Below, in pieces: positions 1-9,490 of a DNA stretch of 64,000 bases. Below the pieces are notes generated by a model, which saw only the letters and a list, made by a program, of their open reading frames with translations, did no database searches and was not told the origin of the DNA. Made by a program: the position numbers and the translations under genes. Positions within the stretch are counted from its first letter, which is position 1; the number at the start of each line of letters is the position of its first letter. This stretch comes from Oceanispirochaeta sp. (lineage in GTDB: Bacteria; Spirochaetota; Spirochaetia; DSM-2461), in the NCBI GenBank assembly GCA_963663385.2, contig CAXXXD010000002.1, positions 416,001 to 480,000 on the forward strand. The letters are read 5' to 3'.

Positions 1-1470
1 TTTCTCTTTTTTAAAAAGAAACATCGCAACAGAACCGAACGCCAGCAGAAGAAAGGCCAGGCTGATGGGGCGGGTGACAAATATGGAAAGGCTGCCGTCG
101 GACATGACCAGGGATCGTCTGAAATTGGTCTCCGCCAGAGGCCCCAGTACGATTCCCAGAAGGATCGGTACCAGCTGGAAGTCCAGCCGCCTCAGAAAGT
201 AGGCCAGGATCCCGAAGGCAATAATGATATAGACATCAAACACCGTATTGTTGGTGGAATAGGCTCCGGCCGCACAGAATGTAACAACTATGGTGGATAG
301 AAGTTCATAGGGTACCGTAGAAATCCGGGCGTAAAACCGGGTAAAGGTTTTGGCAAGCACAAACATAAATACATTTACCACAAGCAGTCCCAGCATAATG
401 GCATACATGATATGGGCCTGCTCTACGAAAAGGGACGGCCCGGGTACCATGCCGTGAACCATCAGGGCTCCCAGAAGAATGGCTGTCGCTCCGTCTCCCG
501 GCACGCCAAGGGTCAGAAGGGGAATGAGCGTTGCTCCGGTTGCGCCGTTATTGGCCGACTCGGACGCCGCTACCCCCTCAATCTCTCCTTTTCCGAAGTT
601 GAATGCCCGTCTGGAAACCTTTTTTGCCTGATCGTAACTGATAAATGCGGCAAGGCCTCCGCCGGTACCGGGAGTCGCTCCCACAATGGTTCCGATAACG
701 GATCCGATTCCGATAGGTTTCAGGCAGCGTTTAAACTCGGCCCTGCTGATCCTCTGTTTATCCAGGGAAAAGTTTTTAAGAGATGCTGCATCGGTTTTCG
801 GATTGTAAGTCGATTTGATCAGGATCTCGGATATGGCGAAAAGGCCGATCAGGGCTATAATCAGAGGAATCCCGCTGGTGAGGTTGATATTATCAAATAC
901 GAATCTCCAGGTCCCGCTGATATTATCCATGCCGATCGTTGCCACAAAGATTCCGAGACAGGCTCCGATCAGCCCTTTGAATATGCTTTTATTGGAAACC
1001 CCCGAAATAATGGACAGACCGAATACTGCCAGGGCCAGGTACTCGGGAGGGCCGAATTTCAGGGTCACCTTGGCAATCTGAGGGGCCGCAAAGAGCAGCA
1101 CCAGGGCGCTGAAGATTCCCCCGATGGTGGAAGCGTAAACCGCCATGGACAGAGCCTTGTAGGCTTCGCCGTTCTTTGTCATGGGGTAGCCGTCAAACAG
1201 GGTGGCTGCGTTGGCTGATGTTCCCGGTGTGTTGATCAGGATGGCTGTGATTGAGCCGCCATAGGTTCCGCCGCAGTAGAGGGCCAGGCAGGTGAGAATG
1301 GCGGATGTCGGTTCCATCCCGTAGGTCAGGGGAATGCAGAGGATAATCCCCAGGTCCGACGTCAGTCCGGGAATGGCTCCGACTATGATTCCCAGCATTA
1401 TCCCTATGGGAATCAGGATGAAATTCTGCAGAACAAAAAGTTCGCTTAATCCTTGTATTATAAAATCCAT
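1..1470 (-). CDS. tctA: Tripartite tricarboxylate transporter large permease TctA (3' end runs off the window)
   Basis: Missing from the ORF track because there is no stop in the window. Translated by hand from ATG at 1470 (RBS AGGAG upstream): MDFIIQGLSELF...GIIVGAIPGLT...YCGGTYGGSITAILINTPGT, typical TctA motifs. The frame is consistent down to base 1. Follows tctB and tctC. Confidence 0.9.
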   Translation of the reverse strand, partial: MDFIIQGLSELFVLQNFILIPIGIMLGIIVGAIPGLTSDLGIILCIPLTYGMEPTSAILTCLALYCGGTYGGSITAILINTPGTSANAATLFDGYPMTKNGEAYKALSMAVYASTIGGIFSALVLLFAAPQIAKVTLKFGPPEYLALAVFGLSIISGVSNKSIFKGLIGACLGIFVATIGMDNISGTWRFVFDNINLTSGIPLIIALIGLFAISEILIKSTYNPKTDAASLKNFSLDKQRISRAEFKRCLKPIGIGSVIGTIVGATPGTGGGLAAFISYDQAKKVSRRAFNFGKGEIEGVAASESANNGATGATLIPLLTLGVPGDGATAILLGALMVHGMVPGPSLFVEQAHIMYAIMLGLLVVNVFMFVLAKTFTRFYARISTVPYELLSTIVVTFCAAGAYSTNNTVFDVYIIIAFGILAYFLRRLDFQLVPILLGIVLGPLAETNFRRSLVMSDGSLSIFVTRPISLAFLLLAFGSVAMFLFKKEK

Positions 1471-1485
1471 AACGATTGTGATCTC

Positions 1486-1950
1486 CTAGGGTAAATTGAC
1501 ATCCAGCAGCATGGTAAAAATGCAGTAAACCGTAACTGCCGTGAAAAGGGACAGACCGTAGTACTGCCACTTGCGGGCGCCGTAGTAAAGGAGTATGGCA
1601 ATAGAAAGCAGGGCTGTGGAAATGAGATACCCGGCAAAGGTGAGAAGTATGCCGTAGATGATGAAAATGGAACAGAACAGAATAGACCGCATTTCCTGAC
1701 GGAACGCCATGCTTTTAAAGGTTTGAGAGTCTATATGGAGGATCTTTTTCGGTGTCCTGAGCAGTCCCTGAAGCAGAAGGGCCGCACTGAAAATAAAAAG
1801 CCCTATCGTAACGATACGGGGTATCGTCTGTGCCGTAACGGCAGTTGTTTCCATTGTGTCAATCTGACTGGGAATGAAATACCATATGAGGCTTGCCAGT
1901 ATTAAAAAAAGCAGGCTTGATATGATATCGGAATTGTACTTTATCTGCAT
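1486..1950 (-). CDS. tctB: Tripartite tricarboxylate transporter small membrane subunit TctB
   Basis: 154 aa, hydrophobic, C-terminal 'IFTMLLDVNLP' as in TctB; lies between tctC and tctA. Confidence 0.85.
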   Translation of the reverse strand: MQIKYNSDIISSLLFLILASLIWYFIPSQIDTMETTAVTAQTIPRIVTIGLFIFSAALLLQGLLRTPKKILHIDSQTFKSMAFRQEMRSILFCSIFIIYGILLTFAGYLISTALLSIAILLYYGARKWQYYGLSLFTAVTVYCIFTMLLDVNLP

Positions 1951-1976
1951 GAGTGATTCCTTACATAAAGGGTAAT

Positions 1977-2002
1977 GGCCGCCGGGACAAATCCCTGCGG
2001 CC
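1977..2002 (-). terminator. GC-rich intercistronic hairpin after tctC (mRNA stabiliser or partial terminator)
   Basis: GGCCGCCGGGA-CAAA-TCCCTGCGGCC inverted repeat with one mismatch, just downstream of the tctC stop. Confidence 0.5.
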
Positions 2003-2013
2003 GATCCTTATCT

Positions 2014-2976
2014 TTACTTTATCAATTCGATATATTTAGTCATATCCTTGCTCTGGGCGTCAATTATACCGAATAATTCGTCCGCGCCGATACCGTAGCT
2101 TTCCATTTTCATACCGGACATGAAGTCCTGGAATTCCGCATCAGCATATACATCTTTGATAAACTGAGTCAGAACCTTCTGTTTCTCCACATCCACGGAT
2201 GAACGGACGGCAAAGTAATCCAGACCGGTAAACTCAAGGTCAATTCCCTGGCTTTTAAAAGAGGGCTGTACATCCAGACCTTCCACTTTTATCGACTCGG
2301 GAGTAAATACACCCAGGGATACCAGTTTGCCTGATTTTACATAATCGGAATATACGGGAGGAGAACCGATGCTGATATCCACATGACCGCCCACCAGGGC
2401 GTTGATGGCATCCAGTCCGCCGTTGAAGGGTACGGCTTCCGCCTCAATACCCATTTTCTTGAACAGTACGGCCAGAAGGGTATAACCGTCATTCCCGGGT
2501 CCGCCGGTTGTGGCATATTTGATTACATTGCTTTTGGCGTACTCTTTCAGGGCTTCCATGCTGTCGATTCCGGATACTGCCGGGTTTGCCAGGGCAACGA
2601 ATTCTACAGAGCGCATACCGATAAGGGGAGTGATATCATCCAGAGTGTAGGTCACTTTCTGAAAGTGGGGAGTCAGGGAGAACAGGGGGCCATTCGCCAC
2701 AATCATGGTATAACCGTCATCCTCAGCCTTGATGGCTTCAGTCATGGCGATTGTTCCGGCTCCTCCGGTTCTGTTTTCTACAATAACAGTCTGTCCCAGG
2801 TATTTTTCACCGTAGGAGGCAACTTTTCTGGCGATGACGTCAACGCCTCCCCCCAGTCCCCAGGGAACAATTATGGTTACCTTTTCAGAGGGGTAAGCTT
2901 CCTGCTGACCTTCCGAATAAACAACTCCGGCTAACAGGGCCAGGAGAAGCACAAGAGATAACAACTTCTTTTTCAT
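2014..2976 (-). CDS. tctC: Tripartite tricarboxylate transporter substrate-binding protein TctC (Bug family)
   Basis: Signal peptide, YPSEKVTIIVPWGLGGGVDVIAR, VENRTGGAGTIA, DGYT, LVGGHVD: Bug/TctC motifs. Confidence 0.92.
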   Translation of the reverse strand: MKKKLLSLVLLLALLAGVVYSEGQQEAYPSEKVTIIVPWGLGGGVDVIARKVASYGEKYLGQTVIVENRTGGAGTIAMTEAIKAEDDGYTMIVANGPLFSLTPHFQKVTYTLDDITPLIGMRSVEFVALANPAVSGIDSMEALKEYAKSNVIKYATTGGPGNDGYTLLAVLFKKMGIEAEAVPFNGGLDAINALVGGHVDISIGSPPVYSDYVKSGKLVSLGVFTPESIKVEGLDVQPSFKSQGIDLEFTGLDYFAVRSSVDVEKQKVLTQFIKDVYADAEFQDFMSGMKMESYGIGADELFGIIDAQSKDMTKYIELIK

Positions 2977-3005
2977 AGATAATCTCCTTTAAAAGAATAA
3001 CATAT

Positions 3006-4073
3006 TTATAACAGAACCTCAGCTCTGTCATTTGCAGTTTCCGGTTCGGGGCATAAATCAAATTCCACAGAACTCTGCTGTCCCGGAGCAAGAGTCAGGA
3101 TCAGGGCCCGGAAAGGGCCGGGTACTTCAAAATAGGGTTCATAACGGACTTCATCCGTAAAAAGCAGTACCGGTTTATTCCCCATATGTTCTTCAATCAG
3201 GCGGTAGCAATCCGGGTTGGAAGAGTCGTTCCTCCTATCCGAAGCACCGGAAGTGACGATAAAACGGGGAGAAACGGCTTTAATGGCTCTTTCGTTTATA
3301 CTGTCCCGTTGTCCGTGATGGGGCAGTTTAAAAAGATCAATATCAGTTTTGTCCAGTTCTCCGAAAAGGGCGTCCGGCCAGCTTTCGGGGCAGGAATCTC
3401 CTGTCAGAAGAACCTTGATATCCTTCCACCGGAAAAGAAGGGCAAGGCTGGAGGCATTGCAGTTTCTGTTCAGGGTTATAAGGCTTTTTCGGATTCTGCC
3501 ATCTGAAATGAGAACGTTCCCATTTTTGTCGAATAAACTGTTCAACTGGTTTCCGAACAGTTCTCCCTGCGGGGTCTGATTATTCAGAACCCTTATACTG
3601 AAGGACTCGGACAGAACAAAATCCTTTCCTTTCTCCATCATGGCTTTAACAGGCAGCCCTTTCGCCCGGCAGTACGCCAGTATGGGAGTGTAGATATTCA
3701 GGGAGTCTATCAGGAATCGGGCTTCACTCACTGCTGAATTATCAATTCTCCGGCATTCCGCAGTTTCGGGGAGCAGATGATTAACCCACACTTCGCCGAT
3801 TTCCAACTGCCTCATAAGGGGAATCGCCATGGCAATATGGTCTTCATGGGGGTGGGAGAGGACAAGGATATCCAGCTTGTCAATCTCTCTTTGTTTTAAA
3901 TAATCTGTCACCATGATCCGTGGACCCTCCGGTTGGTACTCCTCTTCTTTGGCGCTCCCGGTATCCACCAGGATTCTGATAACAGAATTGTCAATATCGC
4001 AGGGGATTTCAATGAGGACGGAATCCCCGTATCCCACATTAATAAAATGTACTTTCATACTATCCAAATTCAT
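3006..4073 (-). CDS. Stand-alone metallo-beta-lactamase-fold hydrolase (ComEC/Rec2 MBL-domain type)
   Basis: HFINVGYGDS, LVDTG, SHPHEDH (HxHxDH), LLTGD, KLPHHG. No transmembrane competence domain. Confidence 0.85.
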   Translation of the reverse strand: MNLDSMKVHFINVGYGDSVLIEIPCDIDNSVIRILVDTGSAKEEEYQPEGPRIMVTDYLKQREIDKLDILVLSHPHEDHIAMAIPLMRQLEIGEVWVNHLLPETAECRRIDNSAVSEARFLIDSLNIYTPILAYCRAKGLPVKAMMEKGKDFVLSESFSIRVLNNQTPQGELFGNQLNSLFDKNGNVLISDGRIRKSLITLNRNCNASSLALLFRWKDIKVLLTGDSCPESWPDALFGELDKTDIDLFKLPHHGQRDSINERAIKAVSPRFIVTSGASDRRNDSSNPDCYRLIEEHMGNKPVLLFTDEVRYEPYFEVPGPFRALILTLAPGQQSSVEFDLCPEPETANDRAEVLL

Positions 4074-4080
4074 TCCTTTT

Positions 4081-5076
4081 TCAGCCAGACTGCCTTGTGA
4101 TAAGCTTCGTTGCTGTTATTTCCGGGCCTGCCGGGACAGGTTTACCCTCGATCAATCTATAAAGGATATCCACGGCAATTCTGCCCATTGCTTCCTTGTC
4201 CACATGGACGGATGTCAATTCCGGTTCTATTACCTGGCAATACTCACTGTTGTCGTAACCTACAACAGCTATATCCCCCGGTATGGCCAATCCCGAACGT
4301 AGAATGGATTTCATGGCGGATACGGCAACAACATCGCTGTTACAGAAAAGGGCGGTCGGTTTCTCCCGCAGAGTCAGGATCCTGTTCATTCCGGAAAAGA
4401 TATCCTCCGCAACCGGTTCCACTGTAATATCCCAGCGGGGATCGACCGGCAGCCCGTGGGCCTCAAGGGTATCCAGATAAGCCTGATGCCGCTTTGTACA
4501 GAGAAAAGGGCTGTATCTGCCCGAAAGCATACCTATTTTTCTATGCCCCTGATGAATCAGATGTTCCATGGCATCCCTGGCTCCCTGGTAGTCATCGTTG
4601 ATAACACTGGGAATCCCATCAGAAACAGGGATATTGTTCAGAAGCACAACAGGAATACCTTTATTTCTGAAGTTCTCTATCATTTCGGGAGCAATCTGGC
4701 TGGCCAGGATAACCCCATCCACCTTTTTCTCCATCATGATACGGCTGCTGGGCAGGGTCATATCGCTGTCTGAAGAGATAAAAAGGCTGTTTCCCCTCCG
4801 GTTTACCCCATCCACAACCGCTTCAACAATGGGAGCATAAAAGGGATTGGAAATGACCGGTTTCTGTTTTTCACATATAATGAAGCCTATGTTTCCTGTT
4901 TTTCGGGTTATCATGGCTCTGGCTACCGCATTGGGCGTATAGTTGATAGACTCTGCTGCCTGCAGGATCTTTTTCAGGGTCGGTCCTTTTACTTTATCGG
5001 GATCCGCATAGGCACGGGATACGGTGGATTTTGATACGCCGGCCAGACGGGCTACATCGTGAATGGTGGGTCCCAT
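4081..5076 (-). CDS. LacI family transcriptional regulator
   Basis: TIHDVARLAGVSKSTVSR HTH, YTPNAVARAM hinge, VVGYDN and PELTSV in the sugar-binding domain. Confidence 0.95.
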   Translation of the reverse strand: MGPTIHDVARLAGVSKSTVSRAYADPDKVKGPTLKKILQAAESINYTPNAVARAMITRKTGNIGFIICEKQKPVISNPFYAPIVEAVVDGVNRRGNSLFISSDSDMTLPSSRIMMEKKVDGVILASQIAPEMIENFRNKGIPVVLLNNIPVSDGIPSVINDDYQGARDAMEHLIHQGHRKIGMLSGRYSPFLCTKRHQAYLDTLEAHGLPVDPRWDITVEPVAEDIFSGMNRILTLREKPTALFCNSDVVAVSAMKSILRSGLAIPGDIAVVGYDNSEYCQVIEPELTSVHVDKEAMGRIAVDILYRLIEGKPVPAGPEITATKLITRQSG

Positions 5077-5100
5077 ATGCGTCTCCTTGATTTGAAATTA

Positions 5101-5122
5101 AAAATGGGAACGTTCTCATTTT
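5101..5122. promoter_or_regulatory. LacI-type operator palindrome
   Basis: AAAATGGGAACGTTCTCATTTT, a near-perfect palindrome with central CG. It lies between a minus-strand TTGACA (5159-5164)/TATTAT promoter and the lacI start. Confidence 0.75.
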
Positions 5123-5174
5123 TGTTGTAAGAATATAATAAGGCCGGTTTTTCCCGGCTGTCAAGTTTTATTTG

Positions 5175-5202
5175 AAAAAACCTCTCCCCGTCCAGGGAGA
5201 GG
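5175..5202 (-). terminator. Rho-independent terminator of the nan operon
   Basis: Minus strand CCTCTCCC-TGGACG-GGGAGAGG followed by T6. Confidence 0.75.
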
Positions 5203-5242
5203 CGAATGCAGCTGTAATTCTGTTCTAAACCATTCTTTTATT

Positions 5243-5698
5243 TTATGCTTTTATCTTGAGTACAATTTTGCATACCTCTGCCGGTACACCGGAAGGATGG
5301 CATCCCGGTTTATGGGACTCCCCCGGATAGAAAACGGCAAAATCACCCTCCTTCAGCCGGATAGGGGTGTCGGGTATATTTTTATAGAAGAGAATATCCG
5401 AATCGGCATTATAGGGGATTTCGACGGGCAGGTCCTGCCTGTGTGAAACATAAATAACTTCCTCTCCTTTAAGAATATACTGTATATCAATGTATTCTTT
5501 ATGGGCCTCCGGAAGGCATTCCGAGGCTTCCCGTGTTTCGTATTTTTGAATCAGGGCAAAAAGCCTGTCTCCCTCCAGATCATAGCGATCCAGGTTCAGG
5601 CTATTTATAACTGCTTCTTTCAGGAAATCAAAGGCTTTGCCAAACAGAGGATGGCAGGACGCGTAATTATCCGAGTTCTGTATTCTATCTATGATCAT
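5243..5698 (-). CDS. YhcH/YjgK/YiaL family protein (NanQ/TabA-like, putative sugar-acid anomerase)
   Basis: Real start MIIDRI at 5698; the ORF track over-extends it. Motifs EAHKEYIDIQY, DILFY, GDFAVFYPGESHKP, KIVLKI. Confidence 0.88.
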   Translation of the reverse strand: MIIDRIQNSDNYASCHPLFGKAFDFLKEAVINSLNLDRYDLEGDRLFALIQKYETREASECLPEAHKEYIDIQYILKGEEVIYVSHRQDLPVEIPYNADSDILFYKNIPDTPIRLKEGDFAVFYPGESHKPGCHPSGVPAEVCKIVLKIKA

Positions 5699-6877
5699 GG
5701 GTTTCTCTCTCCATTTTCTCCAGTCTTTTATATGTTTTAAACAGAAAACGGGGTATGTGGAAGGGCCCCTTGAAGTGGTTCCCCTTAAGATCAACCTGGA
5801 CAGAACCGTCCCGGCGGAGATACCCGAACCACTCTCCAAACTCTTTATCCGGAAACCGCTGCCAGCTGTAGTCATGAACAAGGTCAAACCACTTTCTATA
5901 ACGGGACTCTCCAGATAAATCGTAGGCCAGGAGAAAGGCATAAACGGCTTCGCAGTGGGGCCACCAGTATTTCATATCCCACTCAACCTGGGCAGGCTGC
6001 TTCCCCTCTATATCCACGAAGGAAAACAGCCCTCCGAATTCTTTGTCCCAGCCCAGTTCCATGGACCAGTCCAGGATGGGAGGGTTTTTTCAATCAGAGC
6101 TTTATCTTTTCTGTATTCCGCCTCTTCAAGGATAAACCAGGCGGTTTCGATGGCATGGCCCGGATTGACGCAGCGCCCCTCGGGCCCTTCAGTTATCTCT
6201 CCCCCGGGACCGACTGTTTCAAGTAAAGCTTTAAGATCGGGTTTTACAAAAAAGCGGAAAAGTTCCTCAATCTGGCTGTCGATCCGGGCGGTGTACTCTT
6301 CCGCGTGTTCCGGATCGGCCTGTCTCAGGATCTGACAGAGGCTGATCAGCATCATGGTCATGGAGTGTCCCCTCATGGGACGGGTTTCCGTATCGATCTT
6401 GGCCGGCATTTTGGGGCTGAGTTCATTGATCAGGAGATAGAGTTCCCTGGCATCCTGACGGGCTCTGTCGTCATCCGAGATCTCCGAATAGGCCGCCAGA
6501 CCTATGGCGGCAAAAACCTCTGAAAACAGATAACGTCTCATAACAAGAGGCTCCCCCTCCCGGGTCACCTCGAAATAGATCCGGCCGTCCGAGGCCCGCC
6601 GGAGTTTCTCCCGGATGAAACGTACGCCGTTAGCGGCGATTTTTCTCCACTCCTCCCGCTGTTCCACCTCTTTATAGAGGGTGGAAAAAACCCACACGGC
6701 TCTTCCCTGAACCCAGCCGCCTTTGTCCGTGGAAAGGGGTGAGCCCTTCCGGTCCAGGTAGTCCATAAAGCCGCCGTACTCCCAGTCTACGGAGTAATTC
6801 TCCCAGAAGGGGACTACATCTTCCGTTAGTTGTTTGTAATAGAAGTTCTTCAATTTTGTTATATCGAGATTATCCAT
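5685..6877 (-). pseudogene. N-acylglucosamine 2-epimerase (AGE family), split by a single-base frameshift near 6075-6090 (true lesion or assembly error)
   Basis: N-part 6008-6877 has DWEYGGF, DKGGWVQGR, NPGHAIETAWF. C-part 5685-6062 has GWDKEFGG, KYWWPHCEA, GEWFGYL, KGPFHIPR. Adding one base restores ...EKTLPILDWSMELGW. Confidence 0.88.
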
Positions 6878-6907
6878 CCTGAATTCTCCATGGTAACGAA
6901 CGTGTTT

Positions 6908-7552
6908 TTATATTTTCATCGCCAGTACTTTATCAGCTACTGAATTCCCAAGAAGAAGAAGCTGGTCCGGATCGTAATGGATTCCATCGGATTCGCTTAC
7001 CTCTATGATTTTGTCTGTATCCAGAAAGGGGACCTTTTTCTGCTCTGCAATATCCCGGTATTTTTCAGAAAAGAGCAGAGACTTTTCATATCCCCCGGCA
7101 AATACACTGTCAGGATCTGTTTCTTTTCGTATCCTGGGAGGAATGAGAAGCAGGACTTCCGGTGGACCCCCATCCTGTCCGCAGGCACTTTTCCGGACTA
7201 AATCGATAAGAGCTCCGATACCGGCTGCAATCACTTCCATGGATAGGGAAAACCTGAATTTGAGATCATTGGTTCCGACCATAAGAATCACCAGATCAAG
7301 GGGTTTATGACTTTCCAGACAGGGGGACAGACAGGTATAACCGTTCCTGTGCTCTTCAACCGGGTCGTCAAATATGGTTGTCCTGCCATTCAGACCTTCC
7401 GGGATGACATGGTACCCCGGTCCCAGTCTTCTCTGGAGAACCGTTGTCCAGCGATCTTTGTAATTGTACCTTTCCCCCAGGGGCGGTTTATACCCCCAGG
7501 TATTGGAATCTCCGTAACATAAAACTGTTTTTGCGGGAGTATCAGATGGCAT
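6908..7552 (-). CDS. SGNH/GDSL hydrolase (putative sugar O-acetylesterase/arylesterase)
   Basis: CYGDSNTWG, EGLNGRTT, MVGTND, DGIH blocks. Confidence 0.9.
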   Translation of the reverse strand: MPSDTPAKTVLCYGDSNTWGYKPPLGERYNYKDRWTTVLQRRLGPGYHVIPEGLNGRTTIFDDPVEEHRNGYTCLSPCLESHKPLDLVILMVGTNDLKFRFSLSMEVIAAGIGALIDLVRKSACGQDGGPPEVLLLIPPRIRKETDPDSVFAGGYEKSLLFSEKYRDIAEQKKVPFLDTDKIIEVSESDGIHYDPDQLLLLGNSVADKVLAMKI

Positions 7553-8468
7553 CCAGAAAGTCCACGCCTTTTATTTCATGTTTATCCTTCAGAATCCTGA
7601 ATTCTTCCTTGAGGATATTTTCCTCTTCTTTGCTGAAGTTGGAAAAAGGACTCCGGCAGTACCCGGCATCAACACCCAGCCAGGAGAGGGCGCGTTTCAT
7701 TATTCCCACATAGTTTTTCTGGGTGGCGTGCATAATGATGATATTGGCTATACGCTGTTTCTCTTCCGCCGTTTTCAGGTCTTTGTTTATCATGGCTCTG
7801 TTGATTGCAATAAACAGTTCCGGCATAAGGTTGTAGAACGATCCGATCAGGCCGTCCGCTCCGAACGAAAGTCCGGACATAGCCATTTCATCGCAGCCGG
7901 AGTAGACAACAAAGTCCTTTCCCAGTTCTTCTTTCATTCTCATTACCTCAAAATGAGAGGTTGCCGTATACTTTACACCGGCGACTCCTTCTATTGTGGC
8001 AAATTTTTTGACCTGCTCAAAGCCGACAAGGCCGGCCAGTGCGATATTGTAAACAATCATGGGAAGGTCTGTAGATTCGGTTATATCCTTGTAATAATGA
8101 AAAATTTCATCAGCATTGAACTTCCAGTAGAAGGGGGGAACCGAAGATATGGCATCCACACCGGCGTCAGCAGCCTGTTTTGCCAGATCGATGGATATTT
8201 TCGTTCCGATAGCTCCCACATGGGCTATAAGGGGAATGCGGCCCTGAACCTGATCCACAACAACCTCTACGACTTTTTTTCTTTCGTCCGGGGTCATCAG
8301 GAAGCCTTCTCCCGTGCTGCCGGTCAGGTAGAGTCCGTCCACGCCTTTATCGAGAAGGTGGTCTACCAGATTCCTCATCCGTTTTTCGTCAAAAATCTCA
8401 TCAATGTCAAAGGGGGTAATCAGGGCGGGAATAACACCCTTGATGTCTTTTACGTTAAATTTAGCCAT
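7542..8468 (-). CDS. nanA: N-acetylneuraminate lyase (DapA family)
   Basis: GSTGE, YNI, Schiff-base GVKYT, plus the NanA-type GCDE and IGSFYN motifs; context with AGE and YhcH genes. Confidence 0.8.
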   Translation of the reverse strand: MAKFNVKDIKGVIPALITPFDIDEIFDEKRMRNLVDHLLDKGVDGLYLTGSTGEGFLMTPDERKKVVEVVVDQVQGRIPLIAHVGAIGTKISIDLAKQAADAGVDAISSVPPFYWKFNADEIFHYYKDITESTDLPMIVYNIALAGLVGFEQVKKFATIEGVAGVKYTATSHFEVMRMKEELGKDFVVYSGCDEMAMSGLSFGADGLIGSFYNLMPELFIAINRAMINKDLKTAEEKQRIANIIIMHATQKNYVGIMKRALSWLGVDAGYCRSPFSNFSKEEENILKEEFRILKDKHEIKGVDFLDAI

Positions 8469-8479
8469 TCTAAACCTCT

Positions 8480-9490
8480 TTACTCTTTTTTATTATTTAC
8501 AAAATGACAGGCTACGAAGTGTTCTTCATCGTCTGTTCCATGGTTAACCAGTTCCGGTTCTTCGGTTCTGCATTTCTCCTGACAGTAGGGGCAGCGCGGG
8601 TGGAAGGAGCACCCCGAGGGCGGATTTACCGGACTGGGGACATCCCCTTCCAGAATGATCCTTTTCGATTTACGGTCCAGGTCAGCTACGGGGATAGCCG
8701 ATAACAGGGCCTGTGTGTAGGGGTGGAGTTTTCTGCTGTAAAGTTTATCGCTTTCAGAAAGTTCGACAATCTTTCCCAGATACATCACCGCAATCCTGTC
8801 GCTGATATACTCAACCACGCTCAGGTCATGGGTGATAAAGACATAGGTCAGATTCCTTTCCTCTTTCAGTTTTTTCAGAAGTTTGAGAACCTGAGCCTGT
8901 ATGGACACATCCAGAGCGCTTACCGCTTCATCGCAGATAATCAGTTCCGGTTCAATGCTGAGAGCCCGGGCTATTCCGATCCTCTGCCTCTGTCCTCCCG
9001 AAAATTCGTGGGGGTAACGATCCATATACTCCCTTCTCAGGTTTACAGCCTCAAGAAGATCTCCGATGATTTTCCGTCTTTCCTGTCTATCCTTAATCCC
9101 GTATTTTTTCAGAGGATCTTCAAGGGAGCCGAATATGGTAAAAGCCGGGTTGAGGGAGGAGTGGGGATCCTGGAAGACAATCTGAAGTTTTTTACGGAAG
9201 GGGACCATCTCCTGTTCATTGAGCTCTCTCAATTCGGTAACGCCGTTACCGTTATAATAGTTGATCTCTCCCTCGGTAGATCTGACCAGTTTCAGGATGG
9301 ATTTCCCTAAAGTTGTCTTTCCGCAGCCGCTCTCTCCAACGAGTCCCAGGGTTTCCCCTTTATAGATGTCCAGGTTGATACCGTCTACGGCTTTTACATG
9401 CCCGTCCAACTGTTTGAAAACCCCTTTATGAATGGGGAAATAGGTTTTCATGTTTCTCAGGCTGAGGATTACTTCCTTATTTTGAGCCAT
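8480..9490 (-). CDS. Oligopeptide/dipeptide-type ABC transporter ATP-binding protein (OppF-like)
   Basis: GESGCGKT, FSGGQRQR, ICDEAVSALD, HPYTQALLSA, C-terminal Cys-rich GCSFHPRC. Confidence 0.95.
   Translation of the reverse strand: MAQNKEVILSLRNMKTYFPIHKGVFKQLDGHVKAVDGINLDIYKGETLGLVGESGCGKTTLGKSILKLVRSTEGEINYYNGNGVTELRELNEQEMVPFRKKLQIVFQDPHSSLNPAFTIFGSLEDPLKKYGIKDRQERRKIIGDLLEAVNLRREYMDRYPHEFSGGQRQRIGIARALSIEPELIICDEAVSALDVSIQAQVLKLLKKLKEERNLTYVFITHDLSVVEYISDRIAVMYLGKIVELSESDKLYSRKLHPYTQALLSAIPVADLDRKSKRIILEGDVPSPVNPPSGCSFHPRCPYCQEKCRTEEPELVNHGTDDEEHFVACHFVNNKKE

Noticed and set aside
412..1218. 268 aa plus-strand ORF and the 1193-1570 minus-strand ORF
   Set aside because: Shadows of tctA, which occupies 1-1470 on the minus strand in another frame; no motifs.
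3006..4073. Competence gene comEC
   Set aside because: Only the MBL domain is present; there is no multi-TM competence domain and the context is catabolic.
5699..5941. N-terminal extensions in the ORF track (YhcH, AraC 16145, thioredoxin 28154, ROK 49837, UroD-like 49734, sensor 52974, SBP 24969)
   Set aside because: They overlap neighbouring genes or promoters; downstream ATGs match the family N-termini better.
6078..6092. Programmed -1 ribosomal frameshift in the AGE gene
   Set aside because: A_AAA_ACC is not a canonical X_XXY_YYZ heptamer in frame, and AGE genes are not known to be recoded; an indel is simpler.
7578..8507. Long antisense ORFs (also 18088-19212, 19623-20543, 42501-43274, 60504-61304 and others)
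   Set aside because: They mirror well-supported genes on the opposite strand, have no recognisable motifs, and are expected from codon bias.
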